The notes beneath the pieces are model-generated. The model saw only the letters and a list, made by a program, of their open reading frames with translations, was not told where the DNA came from and did no database searches. The translations under genes were made by a program, and so were the position numbers. A stretch of DNA of 64,000 nucleotides from Candidatus Brennerbacteria bacterium (GTDB lineage Bacteria > Patescibacteriota > Minisyncoccia > UBA6257 > GWB1-50-10): assembly GCA_016183535.1 (NCBI GenBank), contig JACPEK010000004.1:73013-137012 (forward strand). The letters are read 5' to 3'. The first letter of the stretch is position 1. Each line of letters begins with the position of its first letter. This document shows positions 45,892-56,420 of this stretch, piece by piece.

Positions 45892-47790
45892 TTAAATTTC
45901 AATAATAACGGGCAACACCATTGGCCGGCGTTTGGTTTTTGTGAACAAAAACTGGCCGATTTGGTCGCGAACGAGAGTTTTCACGTAGTCGGCGTCCACC
46001 GGCTGGTAGTGGGGGATGCGCCCGACGATGCCGCGAATGCGTTTTCGGATCTCGTCGAGCATTCCCTGATGTTCCTTGAGATAAATGAAGCCGCGCGAGA
46101 TGATATCGGGGTTTTTCAGGATCCGCCCGTCGCGCTTCGAGAGTGTGACGATAATAACAATCATGCCTTCCTGCGCGAGGGTCAGGCGATCCCGCAAGAC
46201 CACCTCGCCCACGTCGCCCACACCCAATCCGTCCACCATGACATAGTAAGCGGGTACCTCTTCGCCGGTGAGGCGGATGCCTTGTTTTGAAATCTCGACC
46301 ACAAGGCCGTTGTCGGCCACCACCGTGTCGTGCGGCTTGAGCCCCAACATCTCCTGCGCGAGTTTGGCGTTCCGCCAGCGCATGAAGTAGTAACCATGGA
46401 TGGGGAGAAAATGTTTCGGTTTCACGAGGCCCATCACCGCCTTCAACTCCTCCTGCGGCGCGTGGCCCGAGGAGTGAATATCAAGCATCTTATGATGGTA
46501 GATCAAGGCGCCCTGCCGCGCGAGGTTGTCCTTCAAGTTTTGTACGCTCCGTTCGTTTCCCGGCACCACCGAAGAAGAAAGCACCACCGTATCGCCGGGT
46601 TTGATCCTTACCTGCTTGTGCTCGCCGTTCGCGATCCGCATAAGCGAGGCGTTCGGCTCACCCTGCGCACCCGTCGAAAGGATCATGACTTTTTCGTCTT
46701 TGTGTTTCCCTATCTCTTCCAAGGGAATGATAGTTTCCTTGTTGAATTTGAAATAGCCGAGGCGTTGGGCGATCTGCACATTCGATTTCATGGAGTAGCC
46801 GGAGAGCGCTACTTTGCGACCCAGCTTTTCGGCAATTTTTACGATCTCACCCAGACGGTCAAGGAGCGACGCGAAGGTGCCCACGATGATGCGACCCCCT
46901 GCGGATTTGAAGAGTTTCTCGAGCTCGGCCTCCACGATGCGCTCCGAGAGAGCGTAGCCGGGCACCTCCGCGCCGGTCGAATCGAGCATGAGGGTGTGAA
47001 TACCCTGCGCGCCGACCCACTTCCACGTGTCGAGGCCCCGGGGCTTCCCCTCGTGGTCATAGTCGAATTTAAATTCTCCCGGGTGGACGATGTTCCCCAC
47101 CGGCGTTTCGAGAATAATACCGATGCCTTCCGGAATGTTGTGCACGACGTCGAAGAATCGCGCGGAGAAATAATTGCCGAGCTTGTGCGTTTCCCCGCCC
47201 TTCACCAGCACAAAATTCGGCTTCGGTGAATTCGGAAAGTCATCCTGCCGTTTCATCACAATCTCTTTTGTGAGCGAGGTGGCGTAGATCGGCGGGTTGC
47301 CGAGTTTATCCAAAAGGTAGGGGACGGCGCCGATGTGATCGTAGTGGCCGTGCGTGATAATGGCGGCCTTGATATTCCGTTTCTTTCCTTCGAGATAGGT
47401 GACGTTGGGGATGATGTAGTCGATGCCGGGCGTCTCTTCTTCGGGGAATTGGAGCCCCATGTCAATAATGACAATCTCGTCTTTATACTCGAAAAACATC
47501 ATGTTTCTGCCGATTTCCTCGAGTCCGCCCAAAGCGACGAAACGCACCGCATCGGGAGAGGCCGGCGTCTGATGTGCAAGCTCCGGACGGTGAGTGATCC
47601 TTCTCGCGGGTCGCGCCGCATCGCGGAATCCGCGACTCGCCCGTGCGGCGCCCGTGCGCGCGCCGGTGCCTTTCGCCGAAAACCGTCTTTCTTCCGTCGG
47701 ACGCGCGGAAACGCGCGCTCCGCGGGGAATTTCACGATCGGCGGCGCGCAAATCATCGCGACCGCCTTCGATATTTTTATTGGCTGTCAT
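45892..47790 (-). CDS. rnj: ribonuclease J (beta-CASP MBL) with Arg-rich N-terminal extension
   Basis: HGHYDHIG motif, beta-CASP, C-terminal domain. About 90-aa low-complexity N-terminus. Confidence 0.85.
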   Translation of the reverse strand: MTANKNIEGGRDDLRAADREIPRGARVSARPTEERRFSAKGTGARTGAARASRGFRDAARPARRITHRPELAHQTPASPDAVRFVALGGLEEIGRNMMFFEYKDEIVIIDMGLQFPEEETPGIDYIIPNVTYLEGKKRNIKAAIITHGHYDHIGAVPYLLDKLGNPPIYATSLTKEIVMKRQDDFPNSPKPNFVLVKGGETHKLGNYFSARFFDVVHNIPEGIGIILETPVGNIVHPGEFKFDYDHEGKPRGLDTWKWVGAQGIHTLMLDSTGAEVPGYALSERIVEAELEKLFKSAGGRIIVGTFASLLDRLGEIVKIAEKLGRKVALSGYSMKSNVQIAQRLGYFKFNKETIIPLEEIGKHKDEKVMILSTGAQGEPNASLMRIANGEHKQVRIKPGDTVVLSSSVVPGNERSVQNLKDNLARQGALIYHHKMLDIHSSGHAPQEELKAVMGLVKPKHFLPIHGYYFMRWRNAKLAQEMLGLKPHDTVVADNGLVVEISKQGIRLTGEEVPAYYVMVDGLGVGDVGEVVLRDRLTLAQEGMIVIIVTLSKRDGRILKNPDIISRGFIYLKEHQGMLDEIRKRIRGIVGRIPHYQPVDADYVKTLVRDQIGQFLFTKTKRRPMVLPVIIEI

Positions 47791-47838
47791 CGTTTCTTTT
47801 ATTTTTTTTGTTTCGTTTCCGACTTTTGTTTTTTGTAG

Positions 47839-47925
47839 GTGGGCGAGAGAGGATTTGAACCTCCATGACCTTGCGGCCGCTAGGCCCTGAACCTAGTGCG
47901 TCTGCCAATTCCGCCACTCGCCCGG
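47839..47925 (-). tRNA. tRNA-Leu (anticodon CAG), long variable arm
   Basis: Acceptor GGGCGAG/CTCGCCC, anticodon loop UUCAGGG, T-loop TTCAAAT, variable arm of about 15 nt. Confidence 0.75.
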
Positions 47926-48084
47926 ATTTTCAAATCGCGCGCACCGACCGCGCTTCCAGTATGAATATGCTACGAGGAACAAATGGAGAAGTTAAGCGTT
48001 AGAAAGATCGTAGCAGAGCGTTTTTGTGAAGTCAAACTACTCCTAAAACCACCACATAGTTCGGACGATCCGTCTTCGGCTGAT

Positions 48085-49674
48085 TTAGTCGAGCACGCGC
48101 ACCCGTGCCACGCTCCACGCGGAGACATTCAGAAACCGATCCGCGGGCGCCGCAAGCGATGTTTCCGGGAATCCGGTGAGCGCTTTAACGTGGACGTGCA
48201 CATAGGGGAGCGACACAAGAAATACGGCGGGAACATCTTCCGCGAGCGCGGATTCCGCCTCGCGCGCGAGCGTCCCCCTTCGCTCCGGATTTTCAATCTC
48301 ACGAATTCGCTCGAGGAGCGCGTCCATTTTTTTGCTCGCATAGAGAGAGAAATTTTGCCCTGCCGCGCCTCGGGAAGATGAGTGCCAGAGCGGATAGAGA
48401 TCGTCGGGGTTTGCGAAAACGTGCGGCGCGAGTACGAGTTCGTATGCGCGGGGTTCGAGCACTTCACGCCCGAAGCGGTTGGCGGAGACTTTTCTGATAG
48501 TGATATTCTGGATGCCGATCGCCCGCCAGTTCGATGAAATTATCTCGGCCGCCGCCACGAGCGCCGGTATATCAGGCACGGTGAGGACGAGCGCCCCGCT
48601 CCCGCTCCCTTTCGCTTTCGCGAGTGCGTCGCGGGCGCGCTCCGGATTATACGCAAGCGATGCCTGTTTTTCCGCCGCGCCGGGGAGATAAGGCGCCGCA
48701 CCCCCACGGAACGTTTCCGAAGAAATTCGCTCGCGGTTCACCGCGCGCGAGAGCGCGAGGCGGAAGGACCGATCAGTGAGGAGGTCGTTCGCCGAAGTGT
48801 TGATGAAAACCGCATAGTATCGCGGAAGGGGGTTACGGACCTCGCTCGCGCCTCCCGTCGCTTCGGAAAATTCAGGGAAGGGAGAGACAAACCCGAATCC
48901 GTGGATCTTCCTTAGCCGGAATGCGTCGAGGAGTGCGGGTGTATCTTCGAAGAATCGCACCCGGAAATCTTCAATGAAGGGAGCGGGGCCCGCGTAGCGG
49001 GGATTCGGCACGAGACGGTATTCACCGATGAAACCGTCACGAGATTTCGAGAAAGACTTTACGCGATATGGGCCGTTGCCGACGGGGGCGAGCGCATATT
49101 CCGAGAGATGGTAGTTTTTGAGCGGGATGCGTCCCCAAATGTGCGCGGGCACGATCGGGAGTCGCGCGAGTGTTTCCTTGAAAAACGCGTTTGGCGAAGG
49201 CAGAACGAGTTTCACCTGAAGCGCGCTTATCCGCTCCGCGTTCACTCCTCGAAGCGCGGCCGTAAACGGAGATTCAGCGGCGGGGTCTTGGGCCGTTTCC
49301 ACCGCAAATACCACATCGTCGCTCGTGAGCGGCGCACCATCGTCCCACGCAAGATCCTCCTTGAGTTTCAAGGTGTAAACCGACGCATCGTCATTCTGCT
49401 CCGCGCTTGCGAGAAGCGTTTGAAGCGGCGCGAAGAGGAGCGCGGCGAGGTCTTCATCCGCGTCGCTCGAAGAAATAAGCGGATTCACAATACTTGGTTG
49501 TCCCACCACGCCCTCGCGATAGGCGCCGCCGGCGACCGGTATGAGAATCGAACGGGTCGCGACCGTGACGATGAAGAGTCCCGCGGCGCTGGCCACAAAC
49601 GCGAACCCGCTCGCGGCGGCGGCCCATTTCTCATTCCGCGTGAAGGAGCGGAACACATTCCAGACAAAATTCAT
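48085..49674 (-). CDS. ABC transporter substrate-binding protein, family 5 (peptide/nickel type), membrane-anchored
   Basis: SBP_bac_5-like length and motifs. N-terminal TM. Start taken at MNFVWNV to avoid overlap with secG. Confidence 0.65.
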   Translation of the reverse strand: MNFVWNVFRSFTRNEKWAAAASGFAFVASAAGLFIVTVATRSILIPVAGGAYREGVVGQPSIVNPLISSSDADEDLAALLFAPLQTLLASAEQNDDASVYTLKLKEDLAWDDGAPLTSDDVVFAVETAQDPAAESPFTAALRGVNAERISALQVKLVLPSPNAFFKETLARLPIVPAHIWGRIPLKNYHLSEYALAPVGNGPYRVKSFSKSRDGFIGEYRLVPNPRYAGPAPFIEDFRVRFFEDTPALLDAFRLRKIHGFGFVSPFPEFSEATGGASEVRNPLPRYYAVFINTSANDLLTDRSFRLALSRAVNRERISSETFRGGAAPYLPGAAEKQASLAYNPERARDALAKAKGSGSGALVLTVPDIPALVAAAEIISSNWRAIGIQNITIRKVSANRFGREVLEPRAYELVLAPHVFANPDDLYPLWHSSSRGAAGQNFSLYASKKMDALLERIREIENPERRGTLAREAESALAEDVPAVFLVSLPYVHVHVKALTGFPETSLAAPADRFLNVSAWSVARVRVLD

Positions 49675-49696
49675 GGTGAATCCGCGCGACGTCCCG

Positions 49697-49909
49697 TTAC
49701 GCGAGAAACAAATTGAGGAGCGCGAGGAGCGCGAAGAGCGCGACGGCGACGATGGTCGCATAGAAAATCCCTTTCTCCACCCCGCGCCGCGCGTAGTAGG
49801 GGGTGCCGCCCCCCCCACCGAAAATACCGGACATCCCTCCCGCGCGCTCCTGGATGAGCACGAGTCCTATGACGATAAGGGAAATGATGATTTGAAGAAT
49901 GGGCCGCAT
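49697..49909 (-). CDS. secG: preprotein translocase subunit SecG
   Basis: 70 aa, two TM, Gly-rich loop (GGMSGIFGGGGG). Confidence 0.75.
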   Translation of the reverse strand: MRPILQIIISLIVIGLVLIQERAGGMSGIFGGGGGTPYYARRGVEKGIFYATIVAVALFALLALLNLFLA

Positions 49910-50026
49910 AATATTGAGAATAAACTCTAAATCCTAATATCTAAATCCTAAATGGTTCGAGGCACCCACCATCCTAAGTGTGGTCGAAGGATAAATTTGA
50001 AATTCTAAGGTTGCAATGATTTGTGT

Positions 50027-50386
50027 TTAGGATTTTGAGGGTTTTACCGTGTGGAGCACGACATTCACGAGACTCACGACGAGCGCCCCGAGAAGGAGCG
50101 CTTGGTATCCCTGAATGGTAACGGCGCCACTTATGGTGTCAAGCATGTAGAGTAGGAGTCCGTTCACTATAATCGAAAAGAGACCGAGGGTTACAACCAT
50201 GAGGGGACCGAAGAAAAGTTTCAGCACGGGTCGGAGGAAGAGATTCAAGGCGGCAAGGATAGCTGAAGCGCCGGCAAGGGAGGAAAAATCTCCCGCGGCG
50301 GCGAACCCCGGTATGAAAGAACTTGCCACGAAGAGCGCGACCATATTGGAAACGATGGAGAAAACGATGCGTCCGATAAATCCCAT
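50027..50386 (-). CDS. YvlD/phage-holin-4_2-like membrane protein
   Basis: Four TM helices with a pattern consistent with PF04020. Confidence 0.55.
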   Translation of the reverse strand: MGFIGRIVFSIVSNMVALFVASSFIPGFAAAGDFSSLAGASAILAALNLFLRPVLKLFFGPLMVVTLGLFSIIVNGLLLYMLDTISGAVTIQGYQALLLGALVVSLVNVVLHTVKPSKS

Positions 50387-50456
50387 GTCGCCTTTCAGTA
50401 TACCCTAGTATGTTGCGATGCAATGTTCGGGCGACCCGCGCACGCGGGTTAAGTCT

Positions 50457-52028
50457 CTAACTCTCGCGGAAATATGGGAGCAAGCTCACGCCGGTCATCT
50501 CGGGTGGCTTGGGAATCCTCATGAGGTCGAGGATGGTAGGTGCCACGTCGGCGAGAAACCCTTCAACTTGGTTTGCGCGCGGGCGGAGAGGATTTAAGCT
50601 TGCCGGTCCTAAAGACGGACGCGCGACTTCGGGCGCCACGAGCCAGCACGGCACGGGACTTGGATTGTGTTTTGTCTCCGGTTCCCCGGTTTTAAGATCA
50701 ATCAGCACTTCCGCGTTGCCGTGGTCGGCGGTGATGAGCGCCGCGTGCCCCCCCTCTTCGACTGCGGTAAGCAGGCGTCGGAGCTCACGATCGACGGTTT
50801 CGATGGCGGCGACGGTTGCGGCGTAGTTTCCTGTGTGGGCGATAATGTCCGGATTTGCATAGTTCATAAGAATAAAATCGAAGCTTCCTTCGCGGAGCGC
50901 AAGCATGGCGCGATCCGTCACGGCGCGAGCCATCATTTCCGGATGTGTGTCTTTGTGGAATGCCGAGAGGGAAGGCACGAGGATCCGAAATTCGTTTGGG
51001 AACGGTTCCTCGCGCCGGCCGTTGAAGAAATAAGTCACGTGAGCATATTTTTCCGTTTCGGCAATGCGGAGCTGGCGGAGACCATGCGCGGCGATAGTTT
51101 CGCCGAGAGAATGCGCCATGGGTTCCGCGGGGAAGGCGGCGCGCGCGGGAGAATGTTCGCGGTATGCCGTCATGGTGACAAAATACGCGTCTTCGAGTCG
51201 CGTGCGCGGGAAGGCGTTGAACGTGGGGGAGATGAACGCGTCGGCGAGCTGGCGGATGCTGTCCTCGCGGAAGTTGAAGAAAATGACCGTGTCGCCGCGC
51301 GCGACGGGGCGAAACTCCGGGAGTTTTCTCGGTTCCACAAACTCGTCGTTTAGGCCTTTCGCATACGTTTCTTGGAGCGCCGCTTCCCATGAGGCGGCGA
51401 AAGGCGCTTCGCCCGCGAGCGCGCGGTAGGCAACGGCGGTGCGATCGAAGTGACCGTCGCGATCCATACCGTAGTAGCGACCCCCGAGCGACGCAAGGCG
51501 GACATTCGGATGTGTCGCACTCGCCGCAAGCACTTTCGGAACGAGTGTCCGCGCTTCGCGAGGCGCGCTGTCGATGCCATCAGTCATGAGATGGAGCGCA
51601 ACCAACACCTCGGGATAGTCGTCCGCCATCCGAATGAGCGCCTCAAGGTGAGAGAACGAAGCGTGGACCAGTCCGCTCGTGAGAAGACCCACAAGATGGA
51701 GGGTACTGTGGCGCGCACGGGCGTGCGTGAACGCTCCGCGGAGCGCTTCGTTCTTCGTGAAGGTTCCCTGCGCGATTGCGCGCGTGATGCGTTCCGAATG
51801 CTGTTCGCTTGGGCGCCCCGCGCCGAGCGTAATATGCCCCGCCTCACTGTTTCCCTCTTCGTCCCAAGGGAGTCCCACCGCGAGGCCGGAAGCTTGGAGC
51901 GCCACGCCGGGGTAGCGCGTTTCGATGGTGGCGATGGTTTCTGGCCGCGCGGCGTAGATGGGGTTGCCCTGATCCGAAGGGCCGAGCCCCCACCCGTCGA
52001 GGATAGCAAGGAGATAAGTTCGTTTCAT
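50457..52028 (-). CDS. gpmI: 2,3-bisphosphoglycerate-independent phosphoglycerate mutase
   Basis: MKRTYLLAILDGWG start, metal-binding and Ser-phosphotransfer motifs of iPGM. 523 aa. Confidence 0.9.
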   Translation of the reverse strand: MKRTYLLAILDGWGLGPSDQGNPIYAARPETIATIETRYPGVALQASGLAVGLPWDEEGNSEAGHITLGAGRPSEQHSERITRAIAQGTFTKNEALRGAFTHARARHSTLHLVGLLTSGLVHASFSHLEALIRMADDYPEVLVALHLMTDGIDSAPREARTLVPKVLAASATHPNVRLASLGGRYYGMDRDGHFDRTAVAYRALAGEAPFAASWEAALQETYAKGLNDEFVEPRKLPEFRPVARGDTVIFFNFREDSIRQLADAFISPTFNAFPRTRLEDAYFVTMTAYREHSPARAAFPAEPMAHSLGETIAAHGLRQLRIAETEKYAHVTYFFNGRREEPFPNEFRILVPSLSAFHKDTHPEMMARAVTDRAMLALREGSFDFILMNYANPDIIAHTGNYAATVAAIETVDRELRRLLTAVEEGGHAALITADHGNAEVLIDLKTGEPETKHNPSPVPCWLVAPEVARPSLGPASLNPLRPRANQVEGFLADVAPTILDLMRIPKPPEMTGVSLLPYFRES

Positions 52029-52170
52029 CCGTTTCTATTGTAGCGTACCGCCGCCGTACCACCATGGAGCTCTTTTCCGTGATTGCTCCCGCGCGCGGCA
52101 CGAGGTATACTTTGGCGGTATCGTTCGTTTACTAAAGTGTCGAAACAATCAATTTATCGTTTTATAATCC

Positions 52171-53694
52171 ATGACATGGTCACCTTTGACGGCGACGGCG
52201 CTCGCGCTTGCGGCGCTTGTGGCCGGATATGCGATTCGACTTTGGACCGCGGGGCGCGCCGCGCGCGCCACGGCGGATGCCCACGCGCGCGAAGCTGATG
52301 CCGCGCGTGCGGAAGCGAAGGAAATAACGCTCTCTGCGAAAAGCGAAGCGACTTCTATTCTCGCGGAAGTCCAACGCGAAGAACGCGAGCGGAAACTGGA
52401 GATAAGGAAACTCGAAGAGCGCATCGCGAAGCGCGAGGACGATCTCCGCGAGGAGCGAAAAACACTTGATGCGGAATCCACGCGCCTCAAGAACGAAGAA
52501 ACCCGCGTCAGGACGCTTGAAGACGACGCCCACGCGGCACGCGAAAAAGCGGTCAAGGCACTCGAAGGTTTCGCGGGGCTCACCCGCGAAGAAGCCGCGC
52601 GGAAGCTTTTCGCGGAGATCGAAGCCTCATCGCGCGACGATCTCGCGAAAGCGATCGTTAAACTCGAACGGGAACGGCGTGACGCGCTTGAAGCGAAAGC
52701 GAACGAGGTTCTCACCTCGGTCATCCAGCGATACGCGCGCGATCATGTTGCCGAGATCACCACTACCGCGTTCGATCTTCCCGGAGAAGAAATTAAAGGG
52801 AAGATCATTGGGAAGGAGGGACGCAACATCCGGGCGTTCGAGCGTGCGACCGGCGTCGAGGTTATTATCGATGAAACGCCCGAGAGTCTCATTATTTCTT
52901 CGTTCGATCCGTACCGGCGCGAGCTCGCCAAAATGACTCTCGAGAAGCTTCTGAAGGATGGCCGCATTCAGCCGGCAAAGATAGAAGAAAAAACAGAAGA
53001 GGCGCGTGCGGAGCTTGATCAACGGGTCGAGAAAATCGGGGAAGACGCCGCAGCGGATCTCGGCATTTTCGATTTTCCGAAGGAAATCATCGCGCTCATC
53101 GGGCGACTCCATTTCCGCACCAGCTACGGGCAGAACGTGCTCCAACACTCGATTGAGATGACTCATCTTGCGGGGATGCTCGCGGCGGAGCTCGGCGCGG
53201 ATGTCGAAATCGCGAAGCGGGCGGCCTTGGTGCACGATATCGGAAAAGCGATTGACCACGATGTCGAGGGCACGCATGTCGAGCTTGGGCGGAAGCTTCT
53301 CAAAAAATGCGGCGTAGACGACCGCGTTGTGAAAGGCATGGAAGCGCATCACGAGGAGTATCCCTATGCGACGCCGGAGGCGTACATCGTGGCGGCGGCG
53401 GACGCGATCTCCGCCGCGCGGCCCGGGGCGCGACGTGACACACTCGAGAAATATGTGAAGCGCCTCGAAGCCATCGAGAAGACCGTGAAGGAGTTTGAGG
53501 GCGTGAACCAGGCTTATGCCATCGCCGCGGGGCGTGAAGTGCGGGTATTCGTGGTGCCGGAGAAGATTGACGATTTCGGCGCGCTTGAACTTGCAAAGAA
53601 AATTGCGGGGAAAATACAATCCGATGTGGATTATCCGGGCGAGATCAAGGTAACGGTGATCCGCGAGGTGCGGGCGGTGGAATATGCCCGATAG
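52171..53694 (+). CDS. rny: ribonuclease Y
   Basis: N-terminal TM plus coiled coil, KH domain (IIGKEGRNIRAFE), HD domain (HDIGKA). Confidence 0.9.
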   Translation: MTWSPLTATALALAALVAGYAIRLWTAGRAARATADAHAREADAARAEAKEITLSAKSEATSILAEVQREERERKLEIRKLEERIAKREDDLREERKTLDAESTRLKNEETRVRTLEDDAHAAREKAVKALEGFAGLTREEAARKLFAEIEASSRDDLAKAIVKLERERRDALEAKANEVLTSVIQRYARDHVAEITTTAFDLPGEEIKGKIIGKEGRNIRAFERATGVEVIIDETPESLIISSFDPYRRELAKMTLEKLLKDGRIQPAKIEEKTEEARAELDQRVEKIGEDAAADLGIFDFPKEIIALIGRLHFRTSYGQNVLQHSIEMTHLAGMLAAELGADVEIAKRAALVHDIGKAIDHDVEGTHVELGRKLLKKCGVDDRVVKGMEAHHEEYPYATPEAYIVAAADAISAARPGARRDTLEKYVKRLEAIEKTVKEFEGVNQAYAIAAGREVRVFVVPEKIDDFGALELAKKIAGKIQSDVDYPGEIKVTVIREVRAVEYAR

Positions 53695-53784
53695 GGCCGG
53701 ATTGCTAGCATTGGCGCGGGGAATTATGGTATACTGCCTTTCGAAATCAAAGGTCGGAAGGGAAACATAAGAGAGTCTTGCAAT

Positions 53785-54060
53785 ATGAAAAAAGACGGAT
53801 TAGTGGAAGCGGTCATGAAAGCGGCCGGCGTGGAGACAAAAAAGCAGGCGCAAATGGCGGTGGAGGCGGTATTCGATGCCATTGTAAAAACAATGAGTCG
53901 CGGCGAAGAGGTCGCGATCAGCGGTTTCGGAACTTTCCGCGTGGCGAAGCGCGCCGCGCGCATGGGGGTAAATCCTAAGACAGGTGAGAAGATTCAGATT
54001 AAAGCATCCACAAAGCCAAAGTTTCGCGCCGGGAAACTTCTCAAAGAAGCGGTTCTTTAG
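53785..54060 (+). CDS. hup: DNA-binding protein HU
   Basis: HU signature (GFGTFRV...RNPKTGE). Confidence 0.9.
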   Translation: MKKDGLVEAVMKAAGVETKKQAQMAVEAVFDAIVKTMSRGEEVAISGFGTFRVAKRAARMGVNPKTGEKIQIKASTKPKFRAGKLLKEAVL

Positions 54061-54090
54061 CTCTTTGTTTTTTCGAAAGCCTTGAAAAAA

Positions 54091-54123
54091 TCTCGCCGGT
54101 CTTTTTGACCGGCGAGATTTTTG
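54091..54123. terminator. bidirectional intrinsic terminator
   Basis: AAAAATCTCGCCGGTC-TTTTT-GACCGGCGAGATTTTT between convergent hup and 54124..55146. Confidence 0.6.
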
Positions 54124-55146
54124 TCACTTCAGTATTTTCTTCACCTCGGCGCTCATGTCTATGAAAACTTGATAGGTTCTCTTAACCGCTTCGAGCGACG
54201 CACGCACTTCATCCCGAATGGAGGGGGCATCTTCTTTTTTTTCTTTTCCTCCTTCTTTAAATATTACATCTTCATTCGGGGCACTTTCCAAAACCTCGGC
54301 GGCAAGAAGCGGCATCGCGCCTTCTTTTTCGGAAACGGCGGGCGGCGCGATGAGGGTAAAGAAAAGTTCGCTTGCCCTCCCGTACGCATCGGACGCCTTC
54401 GTGAGATGAAATTTTGCTTTCGCAAGCAGTGAAGGAAGCTTCGCAATCCCTCGTATCTTGGCGCGCTCAAGTTTTTTCACGTCGCCTTCTATCTTAATGA
54501 AGCGCGCCTCCGCGACGTCGAGCGCCTTGCGCTGATTTGCGACGAGAAGAAACTCTTCGATTTCAGCGGCGAGTGGCGTGAACGACGATTCGCGTCGATC
54601 CTTGAACGACCCCACGATCGTTTTGAGTTCCACGAGATCGAGTGTGGTCGCGTGTTCGGTCAGCGTTTCGAGCGTTTCTTCGTAGTATTGTTCAATCGCC
54701 GCGAGCCGTTCTCCCGCGCGCACCTTCCAAATTTTCAAATCCTCCTCCCATTCCGCTTCTTTGAGCTCGGTTGCAATGAGTTTCACTTTGAGCGTTTTCG
54801 CCTCTTCCTCCGAGAACTCGACGACTTTTTTAAAGGTTTGGATACGAAGCCCGAGATCGTCCGCGAGATTTTCGTCTTTTGCCGAGACGAGATCATCGAG
54901 TTTGGTTTTCACCTCCTCGAACGCTTTTTGGACCGCGGGGGTTTGTGCACGCGCGACGCGCAGGAACGGAGATTCCAGGAACACCGCGCCGCTCAAAAAG
55001 AAAGCGGCGGCGAGTGGGGAAAAAACAGCGATGATCGTGCGGCGGGTCATAAGTTTATTCAAGCATTGTTTCGAGGAGCGCGTCCACTTTATTTTGCTGA
55101 TTTTCGGTTTCAAGCGACGAGAGCTCGGAAGAAAGCACCTCGGCAT
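54124..55146 (-). CDS. secreted coiled-coil hypothetical protein
   Basis: Signal/TM at the N-terminus, charged heptad-rich sequence. Confidence 0.4.
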   Translation of the reverse strand: MPRCFLPSSRRLKPKISKIKWTRSSKQCLNKLMTRRTIIAVFSPLAAAFFLSGAVFLESPFLRVARAQTPAVQKAFEEVKTKLDDLVSAKDENLADDLGLRIQTFKKVVEFSEEEAKTLKVKLIATELKEAEWEEDLKIWKVRAGERLAAIEQYYEETLETLTEHATTLDLVELKTIVGSFKDRRESSFTPLAAEIEEFLLVANQRKALDVAEARFIKIEGDVKKLERAKIRGIAKLPSLLAKAKFHLTKASDAYGRASELFFTLIAPPAVSEKEGAMPLLAAEVLESAPNEDVIFKEGGKEKKEDAPSIRDEVRASLEAVKRTYQVFIDMSAEVKKILK

Positions 55147-55513
55147 TCAGGTGGGCCGCCTCCGTTTTTTCGATTTCGCGCATCGCAGACTGAACCGCAC
55201 CCTCGGTCGCAACGCGGTAGGAAAGCTCACGGAGTTCGATGTTGATAGGAAGCTTGTCGAGCTCTCCCGTGAGGAGCTCCTCATTGAGAGATGCGGAAAG
55301 CGTGGGGCGGGCGGGGATCGAAAAGGTTGCGACGAAGAAGAGAAGAACGAGCGCGAACGTCAAAGCGCCTGCCCACCGGAGCGCGTGCCAGAGGCCGATA
55401 TTTGGGTGAGGAGTTGTGGCGGCGATGAGCGCCGCGCGGGCACGGGCTGTGTACGCCGGGTGCGGCGCAATGCGTTTCAACGCTTTCAATTGTTCGAAAA
55501 TGTCGGGGTTCAT
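55055..55513 (-). CDS. putative anti-sigma factor (single TM)
   Basis: Sits immediately downstream of the ECF sigma gene. N-terminal cytoplasmic segment plus TM. Overlaps the next gene. Confidence 0.4.
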   Translation of the reverse strand: MNPDIFEQLKALKRIAPHPAYTARARAALIAATTPHPNIGLWHALRWAGALTFALVLLFFVATFSIPARPTLSASLNEELLTGELDKLPINIELRELSYRVATEGAVQSAMREIEKTEAAHLNAEVLSSELSSLETENQQNKVDALLETMLE

Positions 55514-55520
55514 GGATTTA

Positions 55521-56069
55521 TTATTCTCCGATTTCTTGCGGGTGGAGCGATCGTAATTTTTTTATGGCGCGGTGCTGGATAACCCGCACGGCTCCCTCCG
55601 TTTTGCCGAGCGCGTCGGCAATTTCTTTATTTGTCATATCGTCCACGAATTTCATAAGGAGCACGTTTTGTTGGTCGGGCTCAAGGGAGGCGAGTGTAAT
55701 CCGGATGCGGTCGAGGTTAATGGCCGTATCAACCACATCTCCCATGGTGTTCGGTTCGGCGAACACCTCTTCCGGAACAGCTTCGAGGGGCGCATGCGCT
55801 TTCGCGGTGCGGTAGTAGTCAATCACCGCGTTCGAAGCGATTCGATAGAGCCAGCTTCCGAATGGGAACCCCCGCGTCTCGTAGCGATGAAGGTTTTGCC
55901 AGGCATTCATAAACACCTGATGGGTCAAATCTTCCGCATCCTCTCTTCCGCGCGTTCGGAGAAACACAAACCGGTATATGCGGGGCATATAGAGGTCGTA
56001 GAGTGCTCCAAATGACTCTGCGTCGCCGTTTTTCGCTTTCTGAACGAGCTTTTCTTCCGATTCCCTCAT
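55521..56069 (-). CDS. RNA polymerase sigma-70 factor, ECF subfamily
   Basis: Region 2 (YRFVFLRTRGRED, DLTHQVF) and region 4 HTH. Confidence 0.85.
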   Translation of the reverse strand: MRESEEKLVQKAKNGDAESFGALYDLYMPRIYRFVFLRTRGREDAEDLTHQVFMNAWQNLHRYETRGFPFGSWLYRIASNAVIDYYRTAKAHAPLEAVPEEVFAEPNTMGDVVDTAINLDRIRITLASLEPDQQNVLLMKFVDDMTNKEIADALGKTEGAVRVIQHRAIKKLRSLHPQEIGE

Positions 56070-56264
56070 ACGCTAAAACGATGTGCGCCCCACGGTTGTT
56101 TCGGAGGATCCAAACGTATCTTCAAAAAGGCGTATAAACATATTTCGCTTCGTAACGTTACACGTTTTATTGGTTTGTTACAAGCGGTTTTGCTTGGTTA
56201 TGGCACTAAAACGGCCTTTCGGCCGTTCGCACGGACAATCCCCATTTTTAAACGGGGATTGTTT

Positions 56265-56293
56265 TAGTGCGGGATGGGAGAAATCGGTCTCGC
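56265..56293 (-). pseudogene. partial duplicate of tRNA-Gly 3' end (degenerate T-arm + acceptor, no CCA)
   Basis: TCTCCCATCCCGCAC is identical to the tRNA-Gly 3' tail. It sits about 130 bp downstream of tRNA-Gly in the same orientation. Confidence 0.45.
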
Positions 56294-56420
56294 CTCTCAC
56301 TTCGCTCGGGCTGACCACCGCCTCGCGCGGTTCGCTACCGCTTACCACAAGCTCCGGCGTTCGATTCTCCACGCGAGCCAAGCAGTTGGCTCGCTCATCC
56401 CGAACGGGAAAATAAGGTGT

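Noticed and set aside
56262-56410. Possible long tRNA (Sec/Leu) or SRP RNA between the terminator hairpin and tRNA-Gly
   Set aside because: Cannot be folded into a cloverleaf. No SRP domain IV motif. Best explained as a 3' fragment of tRNA-Gly plus spacer.
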